Origin: an uncultured delta proteobacterium
Lineage (GTDB): Bacteria > Myxococcota_A > UBA9160 > JAFDET01
Length of the DNA: 64,000 nt
Assembly (NCBI GenBank): GCA_947259215.1
Contig: CAMYLJ010000001.1
Location: forward strand, 84,505-148,504
Reading direction: 5' to 3'
A program made the position numbers and the translations under genes. The notes beneath the pieces are model-generated. The model saw only the letters and a program-made list of their open reading frames with translations, was not told where the DNA came from and made no database searches. Positions 44,929 through 54,395 of the stretch are shown piece by piece (positions within the stretch are counted from its first letter, which is position 1; the number at the start of each line of letters is the position of its first letter).

Positions 44929-45479
44929 GCACGTTGCGCTCCGTCCCCTGGCCCCCGCGACCGGAGGTCCGCCTCGCGCTGCGCGACGCCCTGCCGCGGG
45001 CCGGGCGACCGCTGCGCATCCTGGCCGAGGACATCACCGGCCTGGAGCGCCCGCTGGACCTGGTGGCCGCCGACGGGGCCGGACGCGTCGTGCTGGTGCT
45101 GGTGGCCGGGAGCGCGTCCGAGAGCCTGGAGCTGGTGGCGGCCGGCCTGGCGGAGCGGGCCTGGCTCGCGCCCCGGCTCGGGGACTGGCGCAAGCTGGCC
45201 CCGGAGCTCGACCTGCGCCCGGGGCTCGGGATCGAGCTGCTGCTCGTGGCCCCGGAGTTCCCGCCTGCGGCCCAGGCCGCAGCCCGGGCCGCCGACCCCC
45301 GCAGCATCGCCCTGGCCTGCGCCCGCTTTGCGGCGCGCGGCCCCAGCGGCCGGCCGGAGATCCTGCTGGAGAGCCTCGGGGACACCGAGCCGCCGGTGGC
45401 AGAGACCCACGGCCGGCTCCGATCCGCCTTCCGCACGGGGCTCCGGGAAAGCGACCTGGCCGGCTCCGTCGCCAGCTGA
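44925..45479 (+). CDS. Hypothetical protein (weak PD-(D/E)XK / NucS-like flavour)
   Basis: GTG at 44925 overlaps the upstream stop (GTGA). The pattern LDLVAADGAGRVVLVLVAG is reminiscent of restriction-endonuclease-fold cores. Coding-like codon usage. Confidence 0.45.
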   Translation: MSTLRSVPWPPRPEVRLALRDALPRAGRPLRILAEDITGLERPLDLVAADGAGRVVLVLVAGSASESLELVAAGLAERAWLAPRLGDWRKLAPELDLRPGLGIELLLVAPEFPPAAQAAARAADPRSIALACARFAARGPSGRPEILLESLGDTEPPVAETHGRLRSAFRTGLRESDLAGSVAS

Positions 45480-45661
45480 CCAGCCACACGCAGCCTGATC
45501 CCCAGGGGGGCGCGGGACGCGCGGAAACACGGTCCCGCGGTGACAATTTTTGACACCTCCCCCCTTCCCGTGGGCACTTCCACAGCAGGGGTCCCCTGCC
45601 CTCGCACCAGCGCGGTGCCGGACCGGGGGCCGCGCTCGAGAACCTGGGACGAGGGCGACTC

Positions 45662-46249
45662 ATGGCTGCGTTGGACATCCCGGTACACCCCCCTGCTACC
45701 GGCGAGCCGGTTGCGGACGAGGCGCTGGTTGCGAGGGTCAGGCACGGCGACCAGGTCGCCTTCCAGTTGTTGTACGACCGCTACTTCCGGCGCGTGTACA
45801 ACTTCCTCGACCGGCGCTTACGCAACCGCGCGGACACCGAAGAGACGACGCAGGAGGTGTTCATCAACCTCTTCTCCTGCATCGACTCCTTCCGGGCAGA
45901 GGCGCCGTTCGCCGCCTGGGTCTTCGGCATCACGCGGCGCACCCTGGCCGCCCGCTTCAAGCGCAAGCAACACCCCACGATCCCGCTGGCCGACCTGGAG
46001 GGCGAGGGGCCCGACTGGGCCAGCCGCGACACGGGCGGCGATCCGCTGGCGGCCTACGAATACCGGGAGCGTCTCGAGCGAATGGACACCGCCATGCAAC
46101 GGGACCTGTCGGAGGAGCAGAAGCAGCTGGTCTGCTGGCACCATCTCCAGAGCCGCTCCATCCAGGAGATCGCGGCGTCGCTCGGCAAGAGCGAGGACGC
46201 GATCAAGTCGAATCTCTACCGGGCGCGCAAGCTTCTCCTCGCGCGGTAG
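45662..46249 (+). CDS. ECF-type RNA polymerase sigma factor
   Basis: Region 2 reads FQLLYDRYFRRVYNFLDRRLRNRADTEETTQEVFINLF. Region 4 HTH reads SIQEIAASLGKSEDAIKSNLYRARKLL. Confidence 0.85.
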   Translation: MAALDIPVHPPATGEPVADEALVARVRHGDQVAFQLLYDRYFRRVYNFLDRRLRNRADTEETTQEVFINLFSCIDSFRAEAPFAAWVFGITRRTLAARFKRKQHPTIPLADLEGEGPDWASRDTGGDPLAAYEYRERLERMDTAMQRDLSEEQKQLVCWHHLQSRSIQEIAASLGKSEDAIKSNLYRARKLLLAR

Positions 46250-46261
46250 ACTCGCGCCGCC

Positions 46262-47041
46262 ATGACCGAGGTCCCCACGGCGGGCTCCGCGTGGTCGCGA
46301 GAGCTGGCGCTGCCGTCTCATCTGGCCGATCTGCGCGGCCGGCGCCTCGAGTTCGCCAGCCGCGGAGATCGCGTGCCGGCCCGCCTGCTCCTGCCCCCGA
46401 CCGGCGACGGCCCTTTCCCCTGGGTCCTGCTCCAGCACGGCGCCGGCGGCTCCAAGGAGGCCGACTACCTGGACGCGACCGCGGGACCCTGGGCGCGGGG
46501 GGGCCTGGCAGTGCTGTCCATCGACTTTCCCCTCCATGGGGAGCGGCACAGCCCCAAGCTCTCCCAGCGGGTCGTCGAGTCGCTGGCGCGGCGCGAGCTG
46601 CGCGATCGCGACCGCAGCCTCTGGACCGGCTTCGCGCAGCAGGCGGTGGCCGACCTCCAGGCAGCGCTCGACACCGGCACCGGACTCGCACTGCTCGACG
46701 CGGAGCGCGTCGCCTACGCCGGCTTCAGCCTGGGCAGCATCCTCGGCGCCACGTTGCTCGGAAGCGACCCGCGCCCGCGGGCAGCCGCCCTGGCGATCGG
46801 AGGCGGCGGCTTCACTCCGGACGAGGTGGACCCGGTGCACCACATCGGGCGCTTCCGCGGACCGCTGCTCTTCGTGAACGCCAGCCGCGACGAGGCGATC
46901 CCGCGCGAAGCCACGGAGGCGCTCTACGCCGCCGCCGCCGAGCCCAAGCGCATCGAGTGGTTCGATTGCACCCACTCGGCGCTGCCCGGTCGCGCGCTGA
47001 AGGAAATGTGGCTTTTCTTGCGGGGCGAACTCGGGCTGTAG
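46262..47041 (+). CDS. Alpha/beta hydrolase (dienelactone hydrolase-like)
   Basis: Nucleophile elbow GFSLGS, LLQHGAGGSKE and a C-terminal H. Confidence 0.7.
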   Translation: MTEVPTAGSAWSRELALPSHLADLRGRRLEFASRGDRVPARLLLPPTGDGPFPWVLLQHGAGGSKEADYLDATAGPWARGGLAVLSIDFPLHGERHSPKLSQRVVESLARRELRDRDRSLWTGFAQQAVADLQAALDTGTGLALLDAERVAYAGFSLGSILGATLLGSDPRPRAAALAIGGGGFTPDEVDPVHHIGRFRGPLLFVNASRDEAIPREATEALYAAAAEPKRIEWFDCTHSALPGRALKEMWLFLRGELGL

Positions 47042-47077
47042 TCCGATGAACTCCGCTCGCCTTCCATCCCCAGCCTT

Positions 47078-47158
47078 CGCCGGGCTACGCCCGGCGGCTC
47101 GGCCTTCGCTCGCCTGCGGAAGAGGATGACTCGGAAGTCGGCCGCGGGGCCGACTTCC
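47078..47158. terminator. Two GC hairpins between convergent genes (probable bidirectional terminator region)
   Basis: CGCCGGGC-tac-GCCCGGCG (47078-96) and the perfect 11-bp stem GGAAGTCGGCC-gcgg-GGCCGACTTCC (47133-58). No U-tract. Confidence 0.5.
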
Positions 47159-47225
47159 CCGCCTGCTTGGCGCTGTCGCTGAGACCGCTGCGCGCCCCGC
47201 GATCGAGCTGGGAGGGCATGCGGCC

Positions 47226-48098
47226 TCAGGAGCGCGGGGCTTGCGGCGCGTCCGCCTCCGACGGCTCGCGCGGGCGCGGAGGCTCTAGCTCTCGTTCTGG
47301 CTCCGGGATTGGAGTGCGCAGGGCGAGCAGCGTTCCCGAGACGACGAGGCCCGGCATCGCGAGGAAGTTCAGGCCGGGGACGAGCAGGGTCGCGAAGGCG
47401 GCGCCGCCGAAGCCGAGCATGCGCGCGCGATGGGCGAGGATCCAGCGGCGACGCGCGCGGAAGGGTACGCGCCGGCGATCGTGGGTGTAGCCGGCGTAGT
47501 CGAGCGGCAGGAACAGCATCGCGAAGAGCAGCATCGCCGGTGGCGCCAGCAGCGCGCCGCCCGGCAGCAGGACGCCCGCCAGGAAGAGCCCCGCCTGCAC
47601 CGCCGCGAAGAAGGTCCCGCGCCGCAGCTCCAGCGCCACGGCGCGCAGCGCCTCCCGGGCCATGCCGCCCACACCCCCGTCGGAGCCGTCCTGCACCCCG
47701 CCCGTGGCCAGCGTCTCCACACGCCGCGAGAGCGCGTCCAGGAAGGGCGCGCCGAGGGCGCCCGCCAGGATCCACGCCGCCGCCAGGACGGCGCCGCAGG
47801 CCGCCGCGAAGAGCAGCGCCCCCGCCGCAGCCAGGACAGCCCGGGCGGGGCCGACCCACAGCCAGGCGTACCAGGCGCCGGCCTCCGGCCACGGCAGCCA
47901 GCCGGCGGTCCAGCCCCACAGCGCTCCGGCCTGGCTCGCGATGGCCAGGGCCGCCAGCCCGAGGGCCAGCATCCCCAGGACGAAGGGCACGGCCGCGGGC
48001 AGCCACAGGCGGCGCTCCCGCGCCAGCGTGCGCAGCCCCTCCCCGTGAAGCGCCATCCCCGCGGCGACCTCGCGCCCGACCGGCGCCGCGCCGCTCAA
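47226..48098 (-). CDS. EI24/CysZ-like (DUF540) integral membrane protein
   Basis: 290 aa, multi-TM, with LPLDYAGYTHDRR-type loop motifs. Confidence 0.6.
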   Translation of the reverse strand: MSGAAPVGREVAAGMALHGEGLRTLARERRLWLPAAVPFVLGMLALGLAALAIASQAGALWGWTAGWLPWPEAGAWYAWLWVGPARAVLAAAGALLFAAACGAVLAAAWILAGALGAPFLDALSRRVETLATGGVQDGSDGGVGGMAREALRAVALELRRGTFFAAVQAGLFLAGVLLPGGALLAPPAMLLFAMLFLPLDYAGYTHDRRRVPFRARRRWILAHRARMLGFGGAAFATLLVPGLNFLAMPGLVVSGTLLALRTPIPEPERELEPPRPREPSEADAPQAPRS

Positions 48099-48182
48099 CG
48101 CGGCGCCCCCGGCCGGCCGCCCCTATACTGCTGACCCGCCGAGCCGTTCGGGGGGCTCTCCGGCAACCCAAGAGGAAGACAC

Positions 48183-49247
48183 ATGCGCCGTTCGCTTCTC
48201 GGTCTCGCCCTGGCGGGACTCTGGTCACTCGCCTGCACGGGGACCCAATCTTCAGACGCGCCGGGTGCGCTCGACACCTCCGGCGACGCCGGCCGTGTCG
48301 TCGCGACGATCGACGACGATGCGATTACGATCGCCGAGCTCGACAGCTGGATCAAGGAGGACTGGTTCCGCGACCAGCTGGAGGACGAGAGCGCGGCCAA
48401 GGTGCACGAGTTCCGTTCGGAGCGCCTCAACCGCATGATCGACGAGCGCCTGCTCGAGGTCGAGGCACGCACGCGCGGCGTCGACCCCGATACGCTGCTC
48501 CAGGAGGCGGCCGACAGCGCCCCGGGCCCCAGCGAGGAGCAGGTCTCCGCCTTCTACACCGAGAACCAGGCACGCCTGCAGGGCAGCAGCCTGGAGCAGA
48601 TCGCTCCGCGCATCCGGGAGCATCTCCAGCAGCAGAACCAGCAGCAGGCGGTCGTGGCCTTCGTCGCGAGCCTGCGCGAGCGGTCGGCCGTGAAGGTGGA
48701 TTTCGAGCCGCCGCGGGTCGAAGTGGCCGCGATCGGGCCCGCCCTCGGTCCCGAGGCCGCGCCCGTGACGGTGGTGGAGTTCAGCGACTTCCAGTGCCCC
48801 TTCTGCTCGCGGGCTGCGCCCGTGCTGAAGCAGCTGCGGGAGCGCTATCCCGAGCAGGTGCGCGTGGTCTACCGCCACTTCCCGCTGGACTCGATCCATC
48901 CCCAGGCACGTCCCGCCGCCGAGGCGTCCATGTGCGCCGGCGAGCAGGATCGCTTCTGGGAGTTCCACGACCTGCTCTTCGCCAACCCCAAGGCGCTCTC
49001 CGACGAGCAGCTGGCGGGCTACGCGGAGCAGCTGGAGCTCGACGCCGAGGCGTTCCAGGCCTGTGTCGCGGAGGGCCGCTTCCGGGACGCCGTCCAGCTG
49101 GACCTCGACGACGGCCGCCGCGCCGGCGTCACGGGAACGCCGTCCTTCTTCGTGAACGGCCGCATGCTCGGCGGCGCGCTCCCGCTCGAGGAGTTCGTGA
49201 AGGTGATCGAGAGCGAGCTCCAGCGCGAAGGCGGCGCGGCGTCCTAG
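48183..49247 (+). CDS. DsbA-family thiol:disulfide oxidoreductase lipoprotein with an N-terminal SurA-N-like helical region
   Basis: Lipobox LWSLAC. Thioredoxin fold with FSDFQCPFCSR...GTPSFFVNG. Confidence 0.8.
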   Translation: MRRSLLGLALAGLWSLACTGTQSSDAPGALDTSGDAGRVVATIDDDAITIAELDSWIKEDWFRDQLEDESAAKVHEFRSERLNRMIDERLLEVEARTRGVDPDTLLQEAADSAPGPSEEQVSAFYTENQARLQGSSLEQIAPRIREHLQQQNQQQAVVAFVASLRERSAVKVDFEPPRVEVAAIGPALGPEAAPVTVVEFSDFQCPFCSRAAPVLKQLRERYPEQVRVVYRHFPLDSIHPQARPAAEASMCAGEQDRFWEFHDLLFANPKALSDEQLAGYAEQLELDAEAFQACVAEGRFRDAVQLDLDDGRRAGVTGTPSFFVNGRMLGGALPLEEFVKVIESELQREGGAAS

Positions 49248-50581
49248 CGGCCGGCCTCCATCCGCCCCACCAGCTCGTCGCGCCGGCGGATCATCGCGTC
49301 CTCGCTGTCCGCCTCCAGGTTGAGGCGCAGCACGGGCTCGGTGTTGGACGGCCGCAGGTTGAACCACCAGTCCGGGTAGCGCACGAGCAGCCCGTCGAGA
49401 TGGCTGATCTCGGCGCCGGCGTGCTCCGACTCGATCGCCGCCAGCAGGCCGGGGATGTCCTCGACCCGCCGCGAGATCTCGCCGCTGGCCCAGTAGCGGC
49501 GCAGCGGCGCGGCCAGCTCGGACAGCGGCTTTCCCGCGTCGGCCAGCACGTCGAGCATGGCCACCAGGGCGGCGAGCGCGTCGTCCGCCACCAGGGTGGG
49601 CGAGAAGCGGAAGTAGAAGTGGCCGGAGAGCTCGCCGCCGAACACGGCTCCCGTCTCGCGCATGCGCGCCTTGAAGAGCGAGTGACCGACCCGGCACATC
49701 TCGGCGACGCCGCCCGCGGCCTCCACCTCTTCCGCGGTGACCCGACTCGAACGCGGGTCGTAGAGCACGAGGCCGCCCGGCTCCCGCGCCAGCCGCGGTC
49801 GCGCCAGCAGCGCGGTCACCAGGTCCGACGCCACCGGCTCGCCGCAGTCGTCGACGAAGATCGCCCGATCGGCGTCCCCGTCGAACGCCACGCCGAAGTC
49901 CGCGCCCACCCGGCGCACCGCCTGCACCAGGTCCTCCAGGTTCTCGCGCTTCAGGGGATCGGCATCGTGATTGGGAAACGTGCCGTCGGGCTCGAAGTAG
50001 AGGCGCTCGACCTCCAGGGGCAGCGCCTCCAGCAGCGGCTCGAGCCCTACGGCGGCCATGCCGTTGCCGCAGTCGAACGCCACGCGCAGCTTCGGCCGCC
50101 CGGCGCCGACGGCGAGCAGGTGATCGCGGTAGGCGAGTCGAAGGTCCTCGCAGCGGTGGCCGCCCGGCGGGTCCGACGCGGGGCCGGGATCCGGAGCGGT
50201 CGCCAGCCGCTCGATCTCCGCCAGCCCGGTCTCGCCGCCGACGGGAATCGCGTGCTCGCGGCAGATCTTGAAGCCGTTGTAGCGGGCCGGGTTGTGGGAG
50301 GCGGTCACCATGATCCCGCCGCCGAGTCCCAGGCGCTCGACCGCGAAGTAGACCATGGGCGTGGTGCAGAGCCCTAGATCCACCACGTCCACGCCCTCCT
50401 CGCGGATTCCCCGCATCAGGGCGTCGCACAGCTCGGGAGAGTGGCTGCGCGCGTCGCGCCCGACCGCCAGGGCGCGCACCCCCAGATGGCGGGCGCTCGC
50501 GCGCCCGATGCGGTGTGCGGTCGTCGCGTCCAGCTGCCCGGGCACTTCGCCGCGGATGTCGTAGGCCTTGAAGATCGACAT
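49244..50581 (-). CDS. Phosphomannomutase/phosphoglucomutase
   Basis: Trimmed to ATG at 50581 (MSIFKAYDIRG). Active-site TASHNP and FDGDADR. Confidence 0.9.
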   Translation of the reverse strand: MSIFKAYDIRGEVPGQLDATTAHRIGRASARHLGVRALAVGRDARSHSPELCDALMRGIREEGVDVVDLGLCTTPMVYFAVERLGLGGGIMVTASHNPARYNGFKICREHAIPVGGETGLAEIERLATAPDPGPASDPPGGHRCEDLRLAYRDHLLAVGAGRPKLRVAFDCGNGMAAVGLEPLLEALPLEVERLYFEPDGTFPNHDADPLKRENLEDLVQAVRRVGADFGVAFDGDADRAIFVDDCGEPVASDLVTALLARPRLAREPGGLVLYDPRSSRVTAEEVEAAGGVAEMCRVGHSLFKARMRETGAVFGGELSGHFYFRFSPTLVADDALAALVAMLDVLADAGKPLSELAAPLRRYWASGEISRRVEDIPGLLAAIESEHAGAEISHLDGLLVRYPDWWFNLRPSNTEPVLRLNLEADSEDAMIRRRDELVGRMEAGR

Positions 50582-50695
50582 GGGCCCGGCATGGTATCCG
50601 CACTGCCTGCACACCGCTGGGGCGGGTCGGCTTGACCCGGGGGTCCGGGACCGGCACTGTTCTGGCACCTGCGGAGACCCGCTGGAGGCGACGCC

Positions 50696-50893
50696 ATGTT
50701 CGGACTCGGGATCCAGGAGCTGCTGGTCATCCTGGCCATCGTCGTGCTGATCTTCGGGGCGCGACGCCTGCCGGAGATCGGGTCCGGCCTGGGCAAGGCC
50801 ATCAAGAACTTCAAGGCCGGGGTGTCCGGCAAGGACGAGATCGACGTCACTCCTCAGAAGGAGGAGGTGTCGGAGGGGAAGCCGCAGGGCTGA
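50696..50893 (+). CDS. tatA: Twin-arginine translocase subunit TatA/E
   Basis: [45 protein letters not shown] lies 7 nt upstream. Confidence 0.9.
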   Translation: MFGLGIQELLVILAIVVLIFGARRLPEIGSGLGKAIKNFKAGVSGKDEIDVTPQKEEVSEGKPQG

Positions 50894-52067
50894 CCCGCTC
50901 GCCCACCGCGAAGCGGAAGCCCCGGGCCTCGGCCGGGGGCAGCTCGAAGACCGCGGCCACCGCGAGGCCCTCCCCCGGAGCCAGGGGCAGCGCCGCCAGC
51001 TGCGAGGCACCGCTTGCCAGCCGCTCGTCGAGCTGCGCCACGGGCTCGCCGCGCAGCGCCGCCACGGGGGGAGCGGGGCCGAGCGGCGCCGCCTGCGCCA
51101 GCGCTCTGCCTTCGGCGTCGACGAGCTGCACGCGCAACGGTCCGCGCGGCAAGAGCGGCTCGCTTTCGGGATTGCGCAGGGTGGCCGTCACGACCAGCAG
51201 GTAGCCCGCGACCGCATTCTCAACGATGCGACCGCGCGCGTCCTCGACGCGCAGGCCCGCCACCTCGACCGCGCCGGGTCCGACGTCCGAGGTCTCGGCT
51301 CCCCCGAAGAAGCTGGTACCCACGGCCACGATCAGGGCGACACCCACCACCAGCCATGCAACGCCGGTGGCGACGCGTCCGAACGGGGTATCGGCGGGCT
51401 CGTCCAGGCGGCCCGGCTCCACGAGCGCCTCCTGGACGCGCGGTTCCCGCGCAGCGGCTGGACGGGCGTCGGCCTGACCGGCGGACGCCTGCGCAGCGGC
51501 CTTCTCCACGGGCGGCGGCTCGTCGTGGACGTCGGGGCTCGGGGCAAAGGCCTCGTCGGCCCCGGCCACGTCCTCGCTTTCCTCGCCGCCCAGGAGATTC
51601 CAATCCTCCGGGTTGCCCACGTCTTCGAGGGAAGGCGCCGGCTCCGGGGGCTCCCCACCGAAGAGCTCGTTCATCGGGTCAGCCGGCGGCGGCGGCGCCG
51701 GCTGCTGGGCGGACTCCGGCTCCGTGGCCACCGGGTCCTCGTTGAACTGCCAGTCGCTCTCCTCGTCGCCGTCCGCGGCGCCCACCGGCCTCGGTCCGAG
51801 CTCGCCGCCCGAATTTCCGAGCAGCGCCGTGCGGGTGTCGTCCAGGGCGCTCTCCAGGTTCTGGGTGGGCGTGTCGGGCGGCGGACCGCCGAGCGCCTCG
51901 CCGGCCAGGTCCGCGACGGCGCACTCGTCGCTGCCCTCGTCCAGGTCCGCGCGCTTCACGAAGAAGGCGTGCTTGCAGCGCGAGCAACGCACCTTGACGC
52001 CGTCGTCCGGGATCCGGGCGTCGTCCAGCTGGAACCGCGTATCGCACTTCTCGCAGGTGATGATCAC
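50847..52067 (-). CDS. MJ0042-type zinc-finger protein with a DUF3426-like C-terminal domain
   Basis: [37 protein letters not shown], then an acidic disordered region, a TM segment and a C-terminal beta domain. Its 3' end overlaps tatA by 47 nt (convergent). Confidence 0.8.
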   Translation of the reverse strand: MIITCEKCDTRFQLDDARIPDDGVKVRCSRCKHAFFVKRADLDEGSDECAVADLAGEALGGPPPDTPTQNLESALDDTRTALLGNSGGELGPRPVGAADGDEESDWQFNEDPVATEPESAQQPAPPPPADPMNELFGGEPPEPAPSLEDVGNPEDWNLLGGEESEDVAGADEAFAPSPDVHDEPPPVEKAAAQASAGQADARPAAAREPRVQEALVEPGRLDEPADTPFGRVATGVAWLVVGVALIVAVGTSFFGGAETSDVGPGAVEVAGLRVEDARGRIVENAVAGYLLVVTATLRNPESEPLLPRGPLRVQLVDAEGRALAQAAPLGPAPPVAALRGEPVAQLDERLASGASQLAALPLAPGEGLAVAAVFELPPAEARGFRFAVGERVSPAASPPTPPPSEE

Positions 52068-52224
52068 CCGGCTCGCCCCTCCGGACCGCGGCGGCGGCGC
52101 CGCCGCAAGCGCCCCTCACCGGTGTGCTAGTGTCGCCAAAACCGGTGCACTCTCGGACGTTTCGGCCACGCCGGGGTGTCGCTTGAGGGCCCGCGGCCCC
52201 CACCCCGAACCCAGAGGAGCCCCC

Positions 52225-53205
52225 GTGTCGGGACCCGGGCAGACCCTGCTCGAGCGCCGGCTCGTGATCGTCACCGGGAAGGGCGGCACGGGAAAGAGCA
52301 GCGTGGTGGCGACCCTCGCCCTCGCCGGCGCCCAGCACGGCTTGCGGGTGGCGGTGGTGGAGGTGGGCCTGGAGGAGCAGATCCCCGGCCTCTTCGACCC
52401 GGCGGCGCCTCCGGTCGGCTATCCCGGCCGCGAGATCCACCCGGGGGTGACGGCCCTGAGGATCGACCCCTACGCCGCCCTGGCCGAGTACCTGGGCCTC
52501 CAGATCGGCGTGCGGGGCGTGGTGGACCTGGTCTTCCGCAACAGGGCCTTCCGGCAGCTGATGGACGCCACCCCCGGCTGGCGCGAGCTCATCACCCTGG
52601 GAAAGGTCTGGCACCTGGAGCAGATGCGCCGGGACGACGGGAGCCCGACCTACGACCTGGTCCTGGTGGACGCCCCCGCTACCGGGCACGGCCTCACGTT
52701 CCTCGACGTTCCGCGCGTGGCCGTCTCGGCCGTGCGCATGGGTCCCCTGCGCCGGCACTCGGGCTGGGTGGAGGAGATGATCCGGGACACGCAGCGCACG
52801 CTGCTGCTGCCGGTGGCCCTGGCCGAGGAGCTCCCGGCTCGCGAGACGGCCGAGCTGGTGGAGCGGGTGCGCGAAGAGACCGGCGTCGCGATCGACCGCG
52901 TGGTGGTGAACGCCGTCGCCCCGGCGCCCTTCCCGTCCGGTCTCGACGACCTGGATCGGCACCTCGCGGCGCTGCCGGCGGAAACGCCGCTGCCCGGGCT
53001 GCCCGGGCCGCCGGTACTGGCCGCCTGCGCCGCCCACATGCGCGCACGCCACGAGCTGAACCGGCACCACCTGGCGGAGATCGCGCGGGACACGGGGCTT
53101 CCGCTGCTGGTGCTTCCGCAGCTGCCGGAGGGCGTGCGCAACGTGGCGGACCTGGCCCGCCTGGCCGGGCCCCTGCTGGCCGCGCCGGAGGCGCGAGCGG
53201 CATGA
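52225..53205 (+). CDS. ArsA/GET3-family ATPase (first of a pair)
   Basis: GTG at 52225 is preceded by GAGGAG. P-loop GKGGTGKSS and DAPATGH. Confidence 0.8.
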   Translation: MSGPGQTLLERRLVIVTGKGGTGKSSVVATLALAGAQHGLRVAVVEVGLEEQIPGLFDPAAPPVGYPGREIHPGVTALRIDPYAALAEYLGLQIGVRGVVDLVFRNRAFRQLMDATPGWRELITLGKVWHLEQMRRDDGSPTYDLVLVDAPATGHGLTFLDVPRVAVSAVRMGPLRRHSGWVEEMIRDTQRTLLLPVALAEELPARETAELVERVREETGVAIDRVVVNAVAPAPFPSGLDDLDRHLAALPAETPLPGLPGPPVLAACAAHMRARHELNRHHLAEIARDTGLPLLVLPQLPEGVRNVADLARLAGPLLAAPEARAA

Positions 53206-54395
53206 ACTCCCTGCCCGCACTCGTGCGCGACCGACAGATCTGCGTGTGTGTGGGCGCGGGAGGAGTCGGCAAGACCACAGTGGCCGCCGCCCTGGCGCTG
53301 GAGGCGGCGCGGCGGGGCCGGCGCACCTGCGTGATCACCATCGACCCCGCCCGGCGGCTGGCCGACGCGCTGGGTGTGGCCACCCTCGACAACCAGCCGC
53401 GGCGCCTGGCCGGCGACCGCCAGAGCGAGCTCGGCATCGGGGACGCCGGCGGGCTGTGGGCCATGATGCTGGACATGAAGAGCACCTTCGACGACCTGGT
53501 GGAGCGCTTCGCGCCCGACGCCGAGGCGCGCGAGCGGATCCTGCACAACCCGATCTACCAGCACGTCTCCGACGCGCTGGCCGGGAGCGCCGAGTACTCC
53601 GCCATGGAGAAGGTCTACGAGCTGGCCGAAGGCAAGGAGTTCGACCTGATCGTGGTGGACACGCCCCCGAGCCAGCACGCGCTGGACTTCCTGGAGGCGC
53701 CGCAGCGGCTGATCGAGTTCCTCGACAGCCGCCTGGTGCGCATGCTGGTGCATCCCGCCTTCGCGGCCGGTCGCTTCGGCTTCCGCGTGTTCCAGCGCGG
53801 CGCCCAGCGCGTGCTCAAGCTGATCGAGCGGGTATCCGGGGTCGGCTTCCTGGAAGACGTGTCGGACTTCCTGTTGGCCATCGAGGGCATGAGCGAGGGC
53901 TTCCGCGAGCGCGCGACCCGGGTCCGCAGCCTGCTCCTCGGGTCCGGCTCCGCCTTCGTGCTGGTCTCCGGTCCCCAACGTCGCTCGCTCGACGACGCCG
54001 AGCGCTTCCTGGCGCGACTGGAGCAGACCGGCGTCCCGCTGGCCGGCGTGGTGGTGAACCGCGTGCGGGGCTGGCCCGACGGCGGGGCTCCCCCGCGCCA
54101 GGTGCCAGACGGCGCGTCCCGCCCCGAGGCCGAGGCCGCCCTGGCCCGGGCCCTGGCGGCTCGGGGGGGCGAGGGATTCCCCGCCGAAGACGCCGCCCGG
54201 GCTGCGGTGGACTGCGTCGACCGATACGCTTCGAGCGTGCGCCGCGACCTCGAAGTCACCGAGCCCCTCGTCGAGGGCAGCCGTCGCGCGGGCCGCTTCG
54301 CCGTGCGGGTGCCCGAGCTGGCGGGCGACGTCCACGACCTCGAGGGCCTGGTCGGCGTGGCGGCGCACCTGTTCCCGGACCCCGATGGCCGCTGA
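53202..54395 (+). CDS. ArsA/GET3-family ATPase (second of a pair)
   Basis: ATG at 53202 overlaps the upstream stop (ATGA). P-loop GAGGVGKTT and DTPPSQH. Confidence 0.8.
   Translation: MNSLPALVRDRQICVCVGAGGVGKTTVAAALALEAARRGRRTCVITIDPARRLADALGVATLDNQPRRLAGDRQSELGIGDAGGLWAMMLDMKSTFDDLVERFAPDAEARERILHNPIYQHVSDALAGSAEYSAMEKVYELAEGKEFDLIVVDTPPSQHALDFLEAPQRLIEFLDSRLVRMLVHPAFAAGRFGFRVFQRGAQRVLKLIERVSGVGFLEDVSDFLLAIEGMSEGFRERATRVRSLLLGSGSAFVLVSGPQRRSLDDAERFLARLEQTGVPLAGVVVNRVRGWPDGGAPPRQVPDGASRPEAEAALARALAARGGEGFPAEDAARAAVDCVDRYASSVRRDLEVTEPLVEGSRRAGRFAVRVPELAGDVHDLEGLVGVAAHLFPDPDGR

Noticed and set aside
45545-45560. TGACAATTTTTGACA upstream of the ECF sigma gene, considered as a promoter -35 element.
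   Set aside because: No acceptable -10 (neither sigma70-type nor ECF CGTC-type) lies at 16-18 nt spacing. It is not reported as a feature.
47042-47225. A possible fourth, inverted and degenerate copy of the 144-nt repeat family. It shares cttcgctcgcc / ggcgagcgaag, a GC hairpin with a 3-nt loop and a ...tcggaag end.
   Set aside because: Only ~11-14-nt patches match, and the order of the elements differs from copies A and C. I cannot tell this apart from chance similarity between GC-rich terminator hairpins without a proper alignment or a genome-wide model.
50660-50680. TGGCAC upstream of tatA, considered as a sigma54 -24 element.
   Set aside because: The -12 position reads ggaga rather than TTGC, and the spacing is wrong. 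This is probably a chance occurrence.
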